64,000 nt of DNA from Eledone cirrhosa (Eukaryota): assembly GCA_964016885.1 (NCBI GenBank), contig OZ024740.1, positions 15,500,001 through 15,564,000 on the forward strand, read 5' to 3'. Of the stretch, positions 12,931 through 26,085 are shown piece by piece. Under the pieces are notes generated by a model, which had not been told where the DNA came from, did no database searches, and was given only the letters and a program-made list of their open reading frames with translations. The position numbers and the translations under genes are program-made. The stretch's first letter is position 1, and each line of letters begins with the position of its first letter.

Positions 12931-12971
<41 letters not shown>

Positions 12972-15900
12972 GTTCTTTGAGTCTCAGTCATTGATGTTAG
13001 TTAACTGGAAAGTTTGTTGAAATGAATATCAAGCCACTACCTGCAGCCTCAGATATTCAGGACGTATCGGAGGGTTCTTGCTGTTCCCAGCAAGCATGCC
13101 TTTTGAAGCGTTCCAAAAAGCGTGGCGGGGCCAATTTTCTTTAACCATCCCTGGAAACTTTTTGAGATAGTACCTAGTGCGCCTATGACAATCGGGACCA
13201 CTTTGACTTCATGGCAGTTCCAAATCCTTTTTACCTCCCACTTTAAGTCCTGGTATCGGTTAATTTTCTCCCTCTCCTTCTCTTGCACTCTCGTGTCGAA
13301 TGGACAGGCCACATCCACAACCAGGCACGATCTTTTTTCCTTGTCCAAAACCACCAGGTCAGGTCTATTGTGTTCCAGTTTCTTGTCCGTCTGTATCCTA
13401 AAATCCCATAGCACCTTCACCTGATCGTTTTCTATCACCGACTCTGGCTTATGCTCATACCACTTCTAAGAATGTGGTAAATTGTTTACTTTGCATAGGT
13501 GCCAGTGGATCACCCTGCCCATCACATCATGTCTCCAGCCCTTATAGTGAGTCTGGGCTAGGTGTTTACACTCGGATACAATGTGAGCCACAGTCTCCTC
13601 TCTCTCTCCACAGATCCTGCACAGTGAGCTAGCCTCTTCCTTGTAAATATGATGTTTCAACCACTTCGTTTTGAGGGCCTGCTCCTGCGCAGCCATTAAC
13701 ATTCCTTCTGTAGCCTTTTAAGGTCTCCTCTTTTCAACCAGTTCCATGTCTGTGGATCTCTAAATTCAGTTTTCTCAAAGAAGGTACTATGAAGGGATTT
13801 TTCCTGAAGGCTGCTCTTTCTCCTTGATGTTATTTCCTCCCTGGACATCCCCTGGTCTATTGTCCATCCTTCAGTACAGTTCTGAGCATTGGCTCCTTAC
13901 TATCAGTCACGTATTTTGTAGGTTGTTTTTCTCCATCTGAACACAGTCCTCTATGCTGATAAGACCCCTTCCACCTTCAGATCTCCTTAAGTAGAGTCTA
14001 TCGACATCACTCCTCTTGTGGAACATGTTGTAGATAGTCAATAGCTTCCTAGTCTTCCTATCCATTTCTTTTTGTTCAGCAACATTCCATTTCAGAATTC
14101 CCGCACTGTACCTAATAATAGACACAGCTCGGGAATTTACTGCACTTATGGCATTCCTACTGTTCAGATGCGACTTTAATACGCTCCTTACTCTCCGAAT
14201 GTATTCAGTTCTTATCAATTCCTTCATTTTTTTGTTCTTGATGTCATCTGCCTCCAGAACACCCAAATACTTGTATCCTTCTTCAGAGTCAATTTCCTTT
14301 ATCATCTCACCTGTTGGTACCTGGATTCCGTTGTTTCTGTTCAATTTAACCCTCCCCATCACAATGACTCCACACTTACTAATACCAAATTGCATACATA
14401 TATCATACGGACAGTGTCAACAAGCACATCCAACTCCTTCTCACTCTTCCCGAAGAGCTTAAGATCGTCCATGAAGAGGAGGTGCTTGATGGTAAGCCCT
14501 CCCTTTCCCAACTTGTATCCTGCTCTCACTTTTCGCAGTATAATGGTCAGGGGTATCAGGGCAAGGACAAACAACAGAGGGGACATACTATCTCCCTGGA
14601 AGATACCTCTTTTGATCTTCACGCTTCCCAAGGATTCTCCACCCGATGTTAATTCTGTTTCCCAGGACTTCATACTTTTGCTCAACAACTGTCTGATGTT
14701 ATCTGCCACCTTGAAGATCTCCAGGCTTTTGGTGATCCAAGAAAGAGGCACCATGTCAAATGCCTTTTTGTAGTCTATCCATCCCATGGCAAGACCAGTG
14801 TGTCTCCTCTTGCAATTCCTCATTACCATCTTATCAATAAGTAACTGGTCCTTTGTACCACGTGACTTCTTTCGGCATCCTTTCTGTTCGTCCGGTAACA
14901 AGTTGTTTGTGTGGAGGTGATGGTAGATTTCCTCAGACATAATGCTTGTCAACAGTTTCCACATTACGGACAGACATGTGATAGGTCTATAGTTGGTAAC
15001 ATCATTACCCTTGATTCGGTCTTTCATTATCAGAACTGTGGTACCTTTTGTCAACCACTCTGGTACCTCACCTGACATCAAGCAGTCATTGAACATGGTT
15101 GTCAGTTTCGGGTGGAGGGATGTTATATTTTTAATCCAATACGCCCTGCACACCATCTGGGCCTGGTGATTCCCAGTTGGTTAGTTTTTTGGCCTGTCCC
15201 TTAAGAGTTTCAACTGTGATACTCAAATCAGTTTGTTGGTGTGCCTGTTCACTAATCTCCTTCTGTACTGTCTCAATCCACACTGCCTGGTCATTATGTT
15301 TAACATCCTGATCCCATATTCCTCTCCAGAATATTTTAGTTTGTTCCGCCTCAGGGATCAAGTCGTTGCCTTTTTCTTTCCCTTCAAGCTGTCCAAACAG
15401 CATCTTCTGGTTGTTGTCGAACATGCGGTTCTGTCTATACTGACTGACTCTGTTCTCGTATCGCCTGATCTTTGCACTATTTGCTACAATGCGTTGCTTC
15501 AGTTCCTCTATGATAATATTTAGCTTTTTCCTCCTAGTTTTGTACTTTATTTCCAGTCTATTTTTAGTGTCTATGTTTTTTAGTGTCCCATTCAGTAGGG
15601 ACTCAAACTTTCCAATGTCATTTCTCATTTTCCTGATTTGACCACTCAGTCGTTTCTTCCACCAAGGCTCTGATCTTTCTTGTCTGTTGTTTCCTCTCGC
15701 TTTTATACCAAGTAGTTTCCTCACCGTATTTGCTGTTGCTTTGAGGATATTGTTGCACTGGTGACGGCTCCTCGCCTCAAGGTATGGGATGACTTTGTTT
15801 ACCTTAGCTGTTGTTTCTTTTAACTTTTTCCTGTCTACAAATCTTAGGTTCATAGGTTTCCCACTATCATTGTTCAATTCATCTACCACTAAATTTAGGA

Positions 15901-17891
15901 TATCAACCAAATATTGTCCTAGCCCGTCAGCATTCATCTCCTCAGTGGCCGTATCTCTGTTCCAGGTATTATTTATCTCAGCATTCAGATCATTGTCTGC
16001 TTCGGGTGGTTCCTCCGTTCTCTCGACCTCATCACCTTCATTTCCCACTGGCTCGTTTGCCTGGCATACTCCACTCTCCATCTCCAAGCTAATCTCTCTG
16101 CTCAGTTCCTCCAGTTCCAGCTCTCTTATCCACCCATTAGTTCCTATTATCCGAGCCTGCCCGGCCAATTTTTGTTCATCTAATTTAAATAGACCAACCT
16201 CGTTCTAGATGTTATGCATCCGTTTCCTATAGCCTTTCTCGTTGGGGTTACTCTTCGGGTAACATTGCATAACAGTTCTATTTAATTCTTTCGTCCAGTT
16301 GGTTCTGGTCCCTTTCCTTCTTCTTCTTCCTCCGACACCAGCAGTATTTGGTTGACAGCCAGGTCCCTGCTGCTGAGCCAGGGAGCACCTGTTGGGTGAG
16401 AGTCTGTCACATGACATTCTAGTCTCCATTTCACCGTTATTCGAACTGTTTAGGTTCGACATTTAAACACTCTTATCGAGGATTGGCGAATGTATGGTTA
16501 CATAACCACCGGTGATTTCGTCACTCCCGGTGATTTTTGTGTGGCATTATCACGCTGTAGACGAACATAAATAAACAAACAAACAAACAGGCAAAAAAAA
16601 ACCCAAAAATGAATAAGCATAAGTTTCATTGTAATGTAATGTTTGAATGTCTGACTTAGTTTTTCCCTTCCCTTCTCTGTCCGTCTGTTTGTTTTTCTCT
16701 TCATTTTTCTTTTCTTTACGTTTTTCGTTGTTGCTGTGCTGCTTTGATTTTGATTTTTGTTTTTTTGATTTTGACCGGGTCATCAATTCAGTCTATTTAT
16801 ATATTTTGATGCCTTCCTCTTTTAGTGGGGACACTACGATGTAGCAGGGGGTAGCGGGAGAGAATAGCCGCGGTAGTGATAATGAGGCAGTGGTGGTGGT
16901 GGTGGTGGTGGTGGTGGCGGTGCTGTGCTAGCAGCACCTAGCAGGAGGTAGTGGGAGAGAATAGCGGCGGTAGCGATAATGAGGCAGTGGTGGTGGTGAT
17001 GTGATCGTAGTACTGTAGTGATGGTGTTGAAGTTGGAGTAGACTTGACCAGAGTTTTCATCGTGGTAGTGGTGGTGGTGTTGGTGGTGAAACTATCTTTA
17101 GCTATTTAGCTATTTAGTCATTTTGCCATTTTTCTCCTTTTCGACTCTAACATTCCTGATCCAAAATTAAATATTAATCTTGTTTATTGATATTGTCTAG
17201 TGATACCGCCACCTTCCCCTTTCGTAAGTTAACAGAAGGTAATGGGGGAATAGCGGTGGTAGCAATGAAGGAGTGGTGGCGGCGGTGATGGGATAGTGGT
17301 AGTAATGATGGATGGGTGGTGGCGGCGGTGACTGTAGTGATGGCGTTGTCGTTACTGAGTTTTGTTGAATAGACTGTATTTTTGTTTGATCGGTGAATCT
17401 ATGGGGTTAGTCGCGTATATGTGTTGACATATTTTCTTAATATTGGAATTAAACATTTTGTGAAGACTTGAGACAATAATAATAGTAATTATTATTATTA
17501 TGCTGGGATTGGTGGTGGTGGTGGTGAAATTGCCGTTATCTGGCTGTTGTATTTAGTGTACACAGAGGAGTGATGGGGTAGGTGGTGTATCTAGTTTGTG
17601 GTGTTGGTGAAATTACTGTTATTTGGCTGTTCTATATAGTGTAGACAGAGGGCGTTTTCTTCCATTTATAACCATCTTCTTTTTTGAATGTAAAATGTTT
17701 ATTACAAAATTGAATATTTGAGCGATATAACAATATATTATGGATCCGAATCTTCCTGAGGCTTGAGTCTGGTGCTTTGTGCATCATTTGTACTAAGAAT
17801 TGTTATTTCACAATTGATTTAAATATGTTAAAAATCAAAAACTTACGGGAGCGATTTCATGACCTTCTTTCCACCATGTGCGTCTTCTTCC

Positions 17892-17892
<1 letters not shown>
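12972..17892 (-). mobile_element. R4/Dong-like family A copy 3, apparently full length
   Basis: 3' UTR, disrupted ORF 16462-13049 and ~1.4-kb 5' leader, bounded by (ATT)n at 12931-12971 and 17893-17937. Confidence 0.88.
13049..16462 (-). pseudogene. Family A RT-RLE polyprotein, disrupted
   Basis: ORF pieces 16205-16462, 15131-16168, 14359-15156 (IDYKKAFD, QGDSMSP, FMDD), 13907-14395, 13466-13702 (CCHC) and 13049-13438 (PD-(D/E) nuclease). Confidence 0.92.
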
Positions 17893-17937
<45 letters not shown>

Positions 17938-18152
17938 GGTTGGTGAAGCCACGCTTCTTATCGCCTCCAGTCTTTTTCAACGTTTTACCTCTTTTTCAAC
18001 CGTTCTAAACCTTTTATTCAAGTTTTAAATTTGATAAAAGTTTAGAAGAAGTGACCCACCTAATACAGGGGTTCACTAGTAAATAATACGGCACCCCTTT
18101 ACGGGGTGTCGTATTCGTATTTGTGTAAAAATATTTTTTGAAAAATTTCAAC

Positions 18153-20254
18153 ATGGATAACACAAAAAAGAGAGAGAGCGCTGTCAGACAACACAGAGAG
18201 AGGGAGACTTTATCAGCATGTTAACAAGACAGCGTTCCAGCGGAGGTAAATATAAACGAAAATATTACAAAGGAAAAAAAGATTGTTACAGATTTAAAAT
18301 TAACAAATATTTCTAACACAAACAACACCAACAATAACACCAACAACATCACCAACAACAACACCCAAAATAACAGCGGTAAAGTCGAGAACGACAATAA
18401 CAAAAATAACAGCGGTAAGGTCGAGAACGACAATAACAAAAATAACAGCAGTAAGGTCGAGAACGACAATAACAATGACAATAACAACAGCCACAACAAC
18501 AATAATAGTAGGAACAGTATCAACAAAAACAACAATAATAACAACAGCCACAATAACAGTAACAGCAGCAACAGTATCAACGAAAACAACACCAACAACT
18601 GTACCAGCTAAAAGAACAACAATGACACCGATACCTGTAATAGCGATCTCAGCACCACCAGTAAGACCAGTAGCGGCAGCAATAGTGGTGCTGCTGAAAA
18701 AGGGACCACTTCTTTTGCAGGTGTCGCCCGAAATATCGAGACAGTGTTAGTCACAGAGGAGGAGATGGCAGTCGCAAGGGCCATGGTGACAAGAAGCGCA
18801 AATAGAGTTTCCCTGAAACCTCCACCCGATTTTTTCAAGGACCAGCAGCTACGAACGGTGACTTACCGCACCGTAAGCAAAATATCACATCGAGTGGAGA
18901 GAGCCACGGAGGCTCAAATCCAAAAGGCCTTGGGGTGCGTCTGGGCACGCAAAACCCACATCACCCGAGGCAGAAAGTACGCCACAGTAGACATACTTTT
19001 CGCCACCCCCCAGGAAGCAAAGTCTCACTCTTTGGAAACCCTAAAGAGTGAGGAGATAATCTTGGTGCCCTCCTACCGCGGGCAGAAAATTGTGAGGGTC
19101 AAAGTGACCCAGGTCCCACCCGACGTGCCCATACCTTGGCTGGCCGCGTCTGTCCTTGCTGGAATTGAGAACAGGGCGACCATGCTGCAAGTAGAAAAAA
19201 TAGGGAGAGAAAAATGGTCAGGTATAGGCATGCAAATGCTTATAGAAACTGACCAGGAATGTATCGAGGCTATCCCGATATCATAGACATCGAGGAAGGA
19301 CTCCAGTTCCCTATAAGTGTAGAAGGAAGACGGCCAAAATGTTATCTCTGTGGGTCGAAAGGTCACCTCAGGGCCTTTTGCCCGCAGAAGACACCGAAGA
19401 GGGCCCTTCTCCTTCCAATACCTGGTCCGCTGCTACCAAGAGCAGGGCAGACAACAAACGCAGAAGCCCCTTCCACGGTGAGTAGGAGGGCAACATTCGT
19501 AGCACCCGTACCAAGGCCACGGATAACTAAAGCAGCATCATCAGTAGCAGCAACACCAATAGCTACATTTGAAATAGCTACACCAGCAACAACATTGCCG
19601 AAGAGGGCTCCACTACCACCACCAACAGCCTTGGAGCACATACCCCTCCCAGACGCCACAAAATCTGACATGGAGTTTGAGGCGGGAGTGACGTGGCAAA
19701 CAGTCTGCCACAAAAAACAAATGAGAAAAAAACCCTTAGATTCACCCTCCAAAAGCGAAGGCATACAAAGAGGGGTAAAGACAGCAAGGAAACTTGCAGC
19801 AACACCACCACCATCACCACCACAAACACCACTGACAACAACAACCACACCATCACCAGCATCACCACAAACACCAACAACGCAAACACAACAAGACACA
19901 CACACCAAACAGCAACAAGAAGAAAACGGCAACAAAATCACCCCTCCCCCAAAAAGGTACACAGCCATAAACATAGCAAAAAAAGAACTCATAAAATATA
20001 TAAAGCAGCACGCAGACATCACAGAAACAAACTACTACACCCCACCAACACCAAGAATTGTCCCGACAAACATAAGCATCATCGAAATCTCAATAGAACA
20101 ATACAAACCTTTAAAACAAAAATTCCCCAACGCAGTTGGAGACTTCAGAGGGACGGTTACCAAGAGGATATACAGTGACATCCTCCTGGAAACACCCATG
20201 ACCAGAGAAAGGGACGGTTCTACTATCCCTTCACCACACGATCAAGGTAAGTGA
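18153..20254 (+). pseudogene. ORF1 (gag-like nucleic-acid-binding protein) with stops and one frameshift
   Basis: ATG 18153 is in frame with ORF 18744 through two TAA stops. Asn-rich N-terminus. Zinc knuckle CYLCGSKGHLRAFC (CX2CX4HX4C) in 19259-20254. Pro/Thr-rich tail. Confidence 0.8.
18369..18475 (+). repeat. 36-bp tandem repeat x3 in ORF1 (NNSGKVENDNNK)
   Basis: TAACAGCGGTAA(A/G)GTCGAGAACGACAATAACAAAAA recurs with period 36. Confidence 0.85.
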
Positions 20255-20286
20255 CCCTTTCTCATTTGCCCCGTTTCTCATCCAAC

Positions 20287-23281
20287 ATGGCTGTACTCAG
20301 AATAGGCAGTATAAATGCACGTGGCCTGGGGTCATCTTGGAAGCAGGGTCACCTGCTCAATGACCTCAGGTCACTAAACATAGATGTGGTGGCCATCAGT
20401 GAAACCAGAATCTCCGAGGCACGGGCCTTCGCACCGATCTTCGGCGGCTACGATGTATACGCATCTCCCAGCCGTCCAGGATCGGGGAGAGGGGTTGCCG
20501 TCCTTTTTTGGAGAGGCTTGGATCTCGCGATACAGGCCATCTTCCTGGACCCAGAAGGTAAGTCGGTGGTACTGGACGTGACCGGCAGCGAAGGCAATGC
20601 TTTCAGGCTAGTAGCCGTCTACGCCCCAACAGGGGCAGGACGGCCAGATTTCTTCAGACGTCTAGAGACCTTTCTTGGAACGTCCCGCTCATTAGTGTTA
20701 GTGTGCGACTGGAACGGTATCTTGGATGCACGCTGGAATCGTGTGGGGCTAGTGGATAGGGGAGGAGGGTGCAAGAGCCTCACCAACCTGCTCAGACGTT
20801 TTGAACTGTCTGACAGGTATCGACTGGATCACCCGAATGTGCCAATGTGGACATGGACAAACCGCACCGGGTCATCCAGATCGTATCTAGATAGGGTAGT
20901 CTGCAGGGAACTAGATAAGGCTAGTATAAGTTGTCTACAATTTAAAATAGTCGACTACACAGACCTCAAATTTGTGATCTGTGAGATCGACATAGACAGA
21001 CTTCATAGACAAGGGCCTGGTTACTGGAAGCTGAACGCGTCTTTCCCGGCGCGCAAAGCCTACAGAGACCGGATTAGCGTATTAGTTAAGCGGGCGTTGA
21101 CGGGAGCGGTCGTCAACAACAGGTGGTGGTTCGCCCTGAAAAGGGCAATTAAAGTAGAGTCGATTAGGTTTAGCAAAGGAGTAGTGATAGAGGAAAATAG
21201 AGTAGAGGGAGAGCTAGTCAGAAAGCTAGAAGAGGCGTTTAGGACAGGCATCGCAACCGACGTGCTTGCGGCGAGATTGGCACTCGACCAATTCTTCAAC
21301 GCAAAACACAAAGGCTGCGTTGTCAGAGCTAGATCGCGTGCTCTGAAACACGAGGGGACAAAAGCCGTCCAATGGGCCCGGGTGGCAGAGGCGCGACGTG
21401 GCAATAAAGCCACAATTCGGTCTTTGTCTGACCAAAACGGGTGCGTGATGCTCGATCCCGAGTGGATGTGTGAAGCTTTTCAGCAGCACTTTGCTGAACT
21501 GTTCGGGAGCGGCGGCGGCCCGGATCGGGACATGGACTTCAGTGCATACCTCGACGGACTGCCTCGGCTCTCGACGACCGCAGCACAGTGTTGCGAAAAG
21601 CCAATAACAGCCGGTGAAATACGGGAAGCGATGGCTAACTGCACAAGATGTAAATCGCCAGGTTTAGATGGTCTGCCCTACGAGCTTTATGCATTTATGC
21701 CAGACTTGTTCGGTACCTTCTGGCAGACGTCTACTGCAACTGGCAGCAGAACAGGAGCATTCCCAGTTTTGTGAGCCGTGGAGCAGTGGAGATGCTGGGA
21801 AAAGACCCGAACAAGGGGGATGTTATTGATAATTTCAGGCCCATAACTCTGCTAAACGCATAGTTCAAGATTTTGGCCAAGGTGTTAGGAACGAGGTTGG
21901 CGCTTGTCGTCAAGGGTCTGGTGGGAGAGGCGCAGACATGCGCCATCCCGGACAGATCCATACACGACAACCTCCACCTCATGCGATACATCATAGAGAG
22001 GGTGGTTAAGGAACCTGGCAAGGGTGGGGCCCTGATCAACTTGGATCAATCCAAAGCATTCGATAGGGTCGACCATCGGTACCCGGCGGCGGTCCTCGAG
22101 GCAGCCGGTTTCGGGCCCGTTTTCAGGGGTTGGATCGCAGCAATGTACAGCGACATCTGCTCAGTTGTGAGGGTGAACGGTCACCTGTCGCAGCCGTTCA
22201 GCATCATGCGCTCAGTCAGCCAGGGTTGTCCCCTCTCGTCCCCCTTGTACGTATTGGCTCTCGAGCCGTTACTGCACAAACTGGGGGCGATGAGGGGCGT
22301 CCCACGCGAACTAGGATGCGGGAAACCCGAGTCGGCTTACGCTGACGACGTCACCGTGGTGGTGTCGAGCACCAGACACGTTCAGATGCTCGGCACCGCT
22401 CTCAAGGAATACTAAACGGTGACAGGAGCAAAGATAAACCAGGAAAAGTCGGTGGGCTTGCAGCTCGGCACCTGGAGAGGCAAGTCCATGCCCTCCGACA
22501 GCGTCGTGGGGCGTTGGACGGACGGACCGGTTAAATTGCTCGGGGTCTGGTTCGGACCGGACCTCCAGATGGAGAAAAACTGGAACGAGGTGACGAGCAG
22601 GGTGGCCTCCCTCAGTATCGGGCACCAGTATCGGTGGAACATCCACCTCGGCGTTCTATAGAGGACTAGTGGAGGGGAAGAGTGACGACGTTCTCGGAGA
22701 GATCCTGGGCGTCGAAGAAGATCAGCTGCTTGCTCTCTTCCGGAGAACTTTCAGCCCGCGGCCTATGGATAACTTCCAAAAATCCCTGGCCAGGCAGTGC
22801 TACCGGAGAGCGCTGCCGGTTCGAGATAAGGTCTACAGACACGGAAGTGCCGTCAGCCGAGCCTGACCGAGATGCGCGCATAGCGACGAAACCGTTGTGC
22901 ACGCACTCGTTCAGTGCCCAAGCATTGCTAACTTGTGGAGCTCTGTCGAACAGTTTCTGTCACGTGTGGGACTGATCCGGTTGTCGACTGAGTCCATTGT
23001 GCAGATGGTCTTGCCGTCTTCCTTTGAGGAGGAAGGGCAGGCGGTTTTCATCTGCCTGGTGGCCATGGCGAAATAGATTGTGTGGTGGACAAGGTTAAAA
23101 GGATTAAAGACAAACCACTTTCCTCTTCGGCGAATCCCTAATTAACTTTTTCAAGTTTCACTTGAAGAGGAAAATCAGGGTGGAGAGGCAAGTGCTGCTT
23201 TCTAGCAAGTTTGTTGAAAGGTGGGTGAATGTAGCGAGAATGGTCCGAGTTAACGGGACCACTCTGAATATACGTCTGTAG
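20287..23281 (+). pseudogene. ORF2 APE endonuclease plus reverse transcriptase, disrupted
   Basis: INARGL, ISETR, VYAP, DWNG, SYLDR, GYWKLN, SPGLDGLP, LDQSKAFDRV, QGCPLS, AYADD, LLGVWF. Remnant finger PRCAHSDETVVHALVQC at ~22865-22920. Confidence 0.92.
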
Positions 23282-23569
23282 TTTGAGAGATGGAAAAATT
23301 GAGAGAGGGCGCTTGCCCTGGTAGTCAGGGTGGCCGTGGTCTTTTGTGTGGTTTTCGCCACGAGTAACCCTCGGAGGTTTCCCCCCCTGTTGGGGAATTT
23401 TTCATTGATTCAATTTTCATTTTATTGTTTATATATATATATATGTTTTGTCTTTTTTCTTTTCTTATATAAATAATAAAAATATTTACACGCACAAAAC
23501 CCACATCGTACCGTCCTGTTCCGGCTGTGATGTTTTTCTTGATGTCAGCCCTTGTGGCCAATAAAGAAA

Positions 23570-23625
<56 letters not shown>

Positions 23626-23644
23626 TTATTATTATTGTTGTTAT

Positions 23645-26085
23645 TCCTTGAATCTCAGTCATTGATGTTGGTTAACTGGAAAGTCCGTTGGAATGAATAT
23701 CAAGCCACTACCTGCAGCCTCAGATATTCAGGACGTATCGGAGGGTTCTTGCTGTTCCAAGCAAGCATGCCTTTTGAAGCGTTCCAAAAAGCGTGAAGGG
23801 GCCGATTTTCTTTAACCATCCCTGGAAACTTTTGGAGATAGTCCCCAGTGCGCCTATGACAATCGGGATCACTTTGACTTCATGGCAGTTCCAAATCCTT
23901 TTCACCTCCCACTTTAGGTCCTGGTATCGGTTAATTTTCTCCCTCTCCTTCTCTTGCACTCTCGTGTCGAACGGGCAGGCCACATCCACAATCAGACACG
24001 ATCTTTTTTCTTTGTCCACAACCACCAGGTCAGGTCTATTGTGTTCCAGTTTTTTGTCCGTCTGTATCCTAAAATCCCACAGCACCTTCACCTGATTGTT
24101 CTCCATCACCGCCTCCGGCCTATGCTCATACCATTTCTCAGAATGTGGTAAATTGTTTACTTTGCACAGGTGCCAGTGGATCACCCTGCCCATCACATCG
24201 TGTCTCCAGCCCTTATAGTGGGTCTGGGCTAGGTGTTTACACTCGGACACAATGTGAGCCACAGTCTCCTCTCTCTCTCCACAGATCCTGCACAGTGGGC
24301 TAGCCTCCTCCTTGTAAATATGGTGCTTCAACCACTTCGTTTTGAGGGCCTGCTCCTGCGCAGCCATTATCATTCCTTCTGTAGCCTTTTTGAGGTCTTC
24401 TCTTCTCAACCAGTTCCATGTCTGTGGATCTCTAAATTCAGTTTTCTCAAAGAAGGTACTATGAAGGGATTTTCCCTTAAGGCTGCTCTTCCTCCTTGAT
24501 GTTATTTCCTCCTTGGACATCCCCTGGCCTACTGTCCCCTCCTTCAGTACAGTTTTGAGCATTGGCTCCTTACTATAGGTCACGTATTTGTATAGGTTGT
24601 TTTTCTCCATCTGAACACAGTCCTCTATGCTGATAAGACCTCTTCCACCCTCAGATCTCCTTAGGTAGAGTCTATCGACATCACTCCTCTTGTGGAACAT
24701 GTTGTAGATAGTCAATAGCTTCCTAGTCTTCCTATCCATTTCTTTTTGTTCAGCAACATTCCATCTCAGAATTCCCGCACTGTACCTAATAATAGACACA
24801 GCTCGGGAATTTACTGCGCTTATGGCATTTCTGCTGTTCAGATGTGACTTCAATACGCTCCTTACTCTCCGAATGTATTCAGTTCTTAACAATTCCTTCA
24901 TTTTTTTGTTCTTTATGCCATCAGCCTCCAGAACGCCCAAATACTTGTATCCTTCCTCAGAGTCAATTTCCTTTATCATCTCACCTGTTGGTATCTGGAT
25001 CCCGCTACTTCTGCTCAACCTACCCCTCCTCATCACAATGACTCCACATTTACCAATACCAAACTGCATACATATATCACTGCTGAAAATACGGACAGTG
25101 TCAACAAGCACATCCAACTCCTTCTCACTTTTCCCGAAGAGCTTAAGATCGTCCATGAAGAGGAGGTGATTGATGGTAAGCTCTCCCCTTCCCAACTTGT
25201 ATCCTGCTCTCACTTTTCGCAGCATAATGGTCAAGGGCATTAGGGCAAGGACAAACAACAGAGGGGACAGGCTATCTTCCTGGAAGATACCTCTCTTGAT
25301 CTTCACGCTTCCCAAGGATACTCCAGTTGATGTCAACTCTGTCTCCCAGGACCCCATACTCCTGCCCAGCAACTGTCTGATGTTATCTGCCACCCTGAAG
25401 ATCTCCAGGCTTTTGGTGATCCAAGAATGAGGCACCATGTCAAATGCCTTTCTGTAGTCTATCCATCCCATGGCAAGATCAGTGTGTCTCCTCCTGCAAT
25501 TCCCCATTACCATCTTATCAATAAGTAACTGGTCCTTTGTACCACGTGACTTCTTTCGGCATCCTTTCTGTTCGTCCGGTAACAAGTTGTTTGTGTGGAG
25601 GTGATGGTAGATTTCCTCAGACACAATGCTCGTCAACAGTTTCCACATTACGGACAGACATGTGATAGGTCTATAGTTGGTAACATCATTACCCTTGATT
25701 CGGTCTTTCATTATCAGAACTGTGGTACCCTTTGTCAACCACTCTGGCACCTCACCCGACACCAAGCAGTCATTGAACATGGCCGTCAGCTTCGGGTGGA
25801 GGGATGTTAAATGTTTAATCCAATACCCCTGCACACCATCTGGGCCTGGTGATTTCCAGTTGGTTAGTTTTTTGGCCTGCCCCTTAAGAGTTTCAACTGT
25901 GATACTCAAATCAGTTTGTTGTTGTGCCTGCTCACCGATCTCCCTCTGTACTGTCTCAATCCACCCTGCCTGGGCATTATGTCTAACATCCTGCTCCCAT
26001 ATTCCTCTCCAGAATGTTTTAGTTTGTTCCGCCCCAGGGATCAAGTCGTTGCCTCTTTCTTTCCCCTCAAGCTGTCCAAACAGCA

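Larger units (their letters stand above)
17938..23571 (+). mobile_element. L1/Tx1-clade non-LTR retrotransposon with both ends and an internal deletion
   Basis: ORF1 with CCHC knuckle, ORF2 with APE and RT, AATAAA at 23560-23565, (ATT)n on both sides. Confidence 0.9.

Noticed and set aside
16498-16786. Lys-rich upstream ORFs as a separate R4 ORF1
   Set aside because: Low-complexity A-rich sequence with no domain motif and no counterpart in family B.
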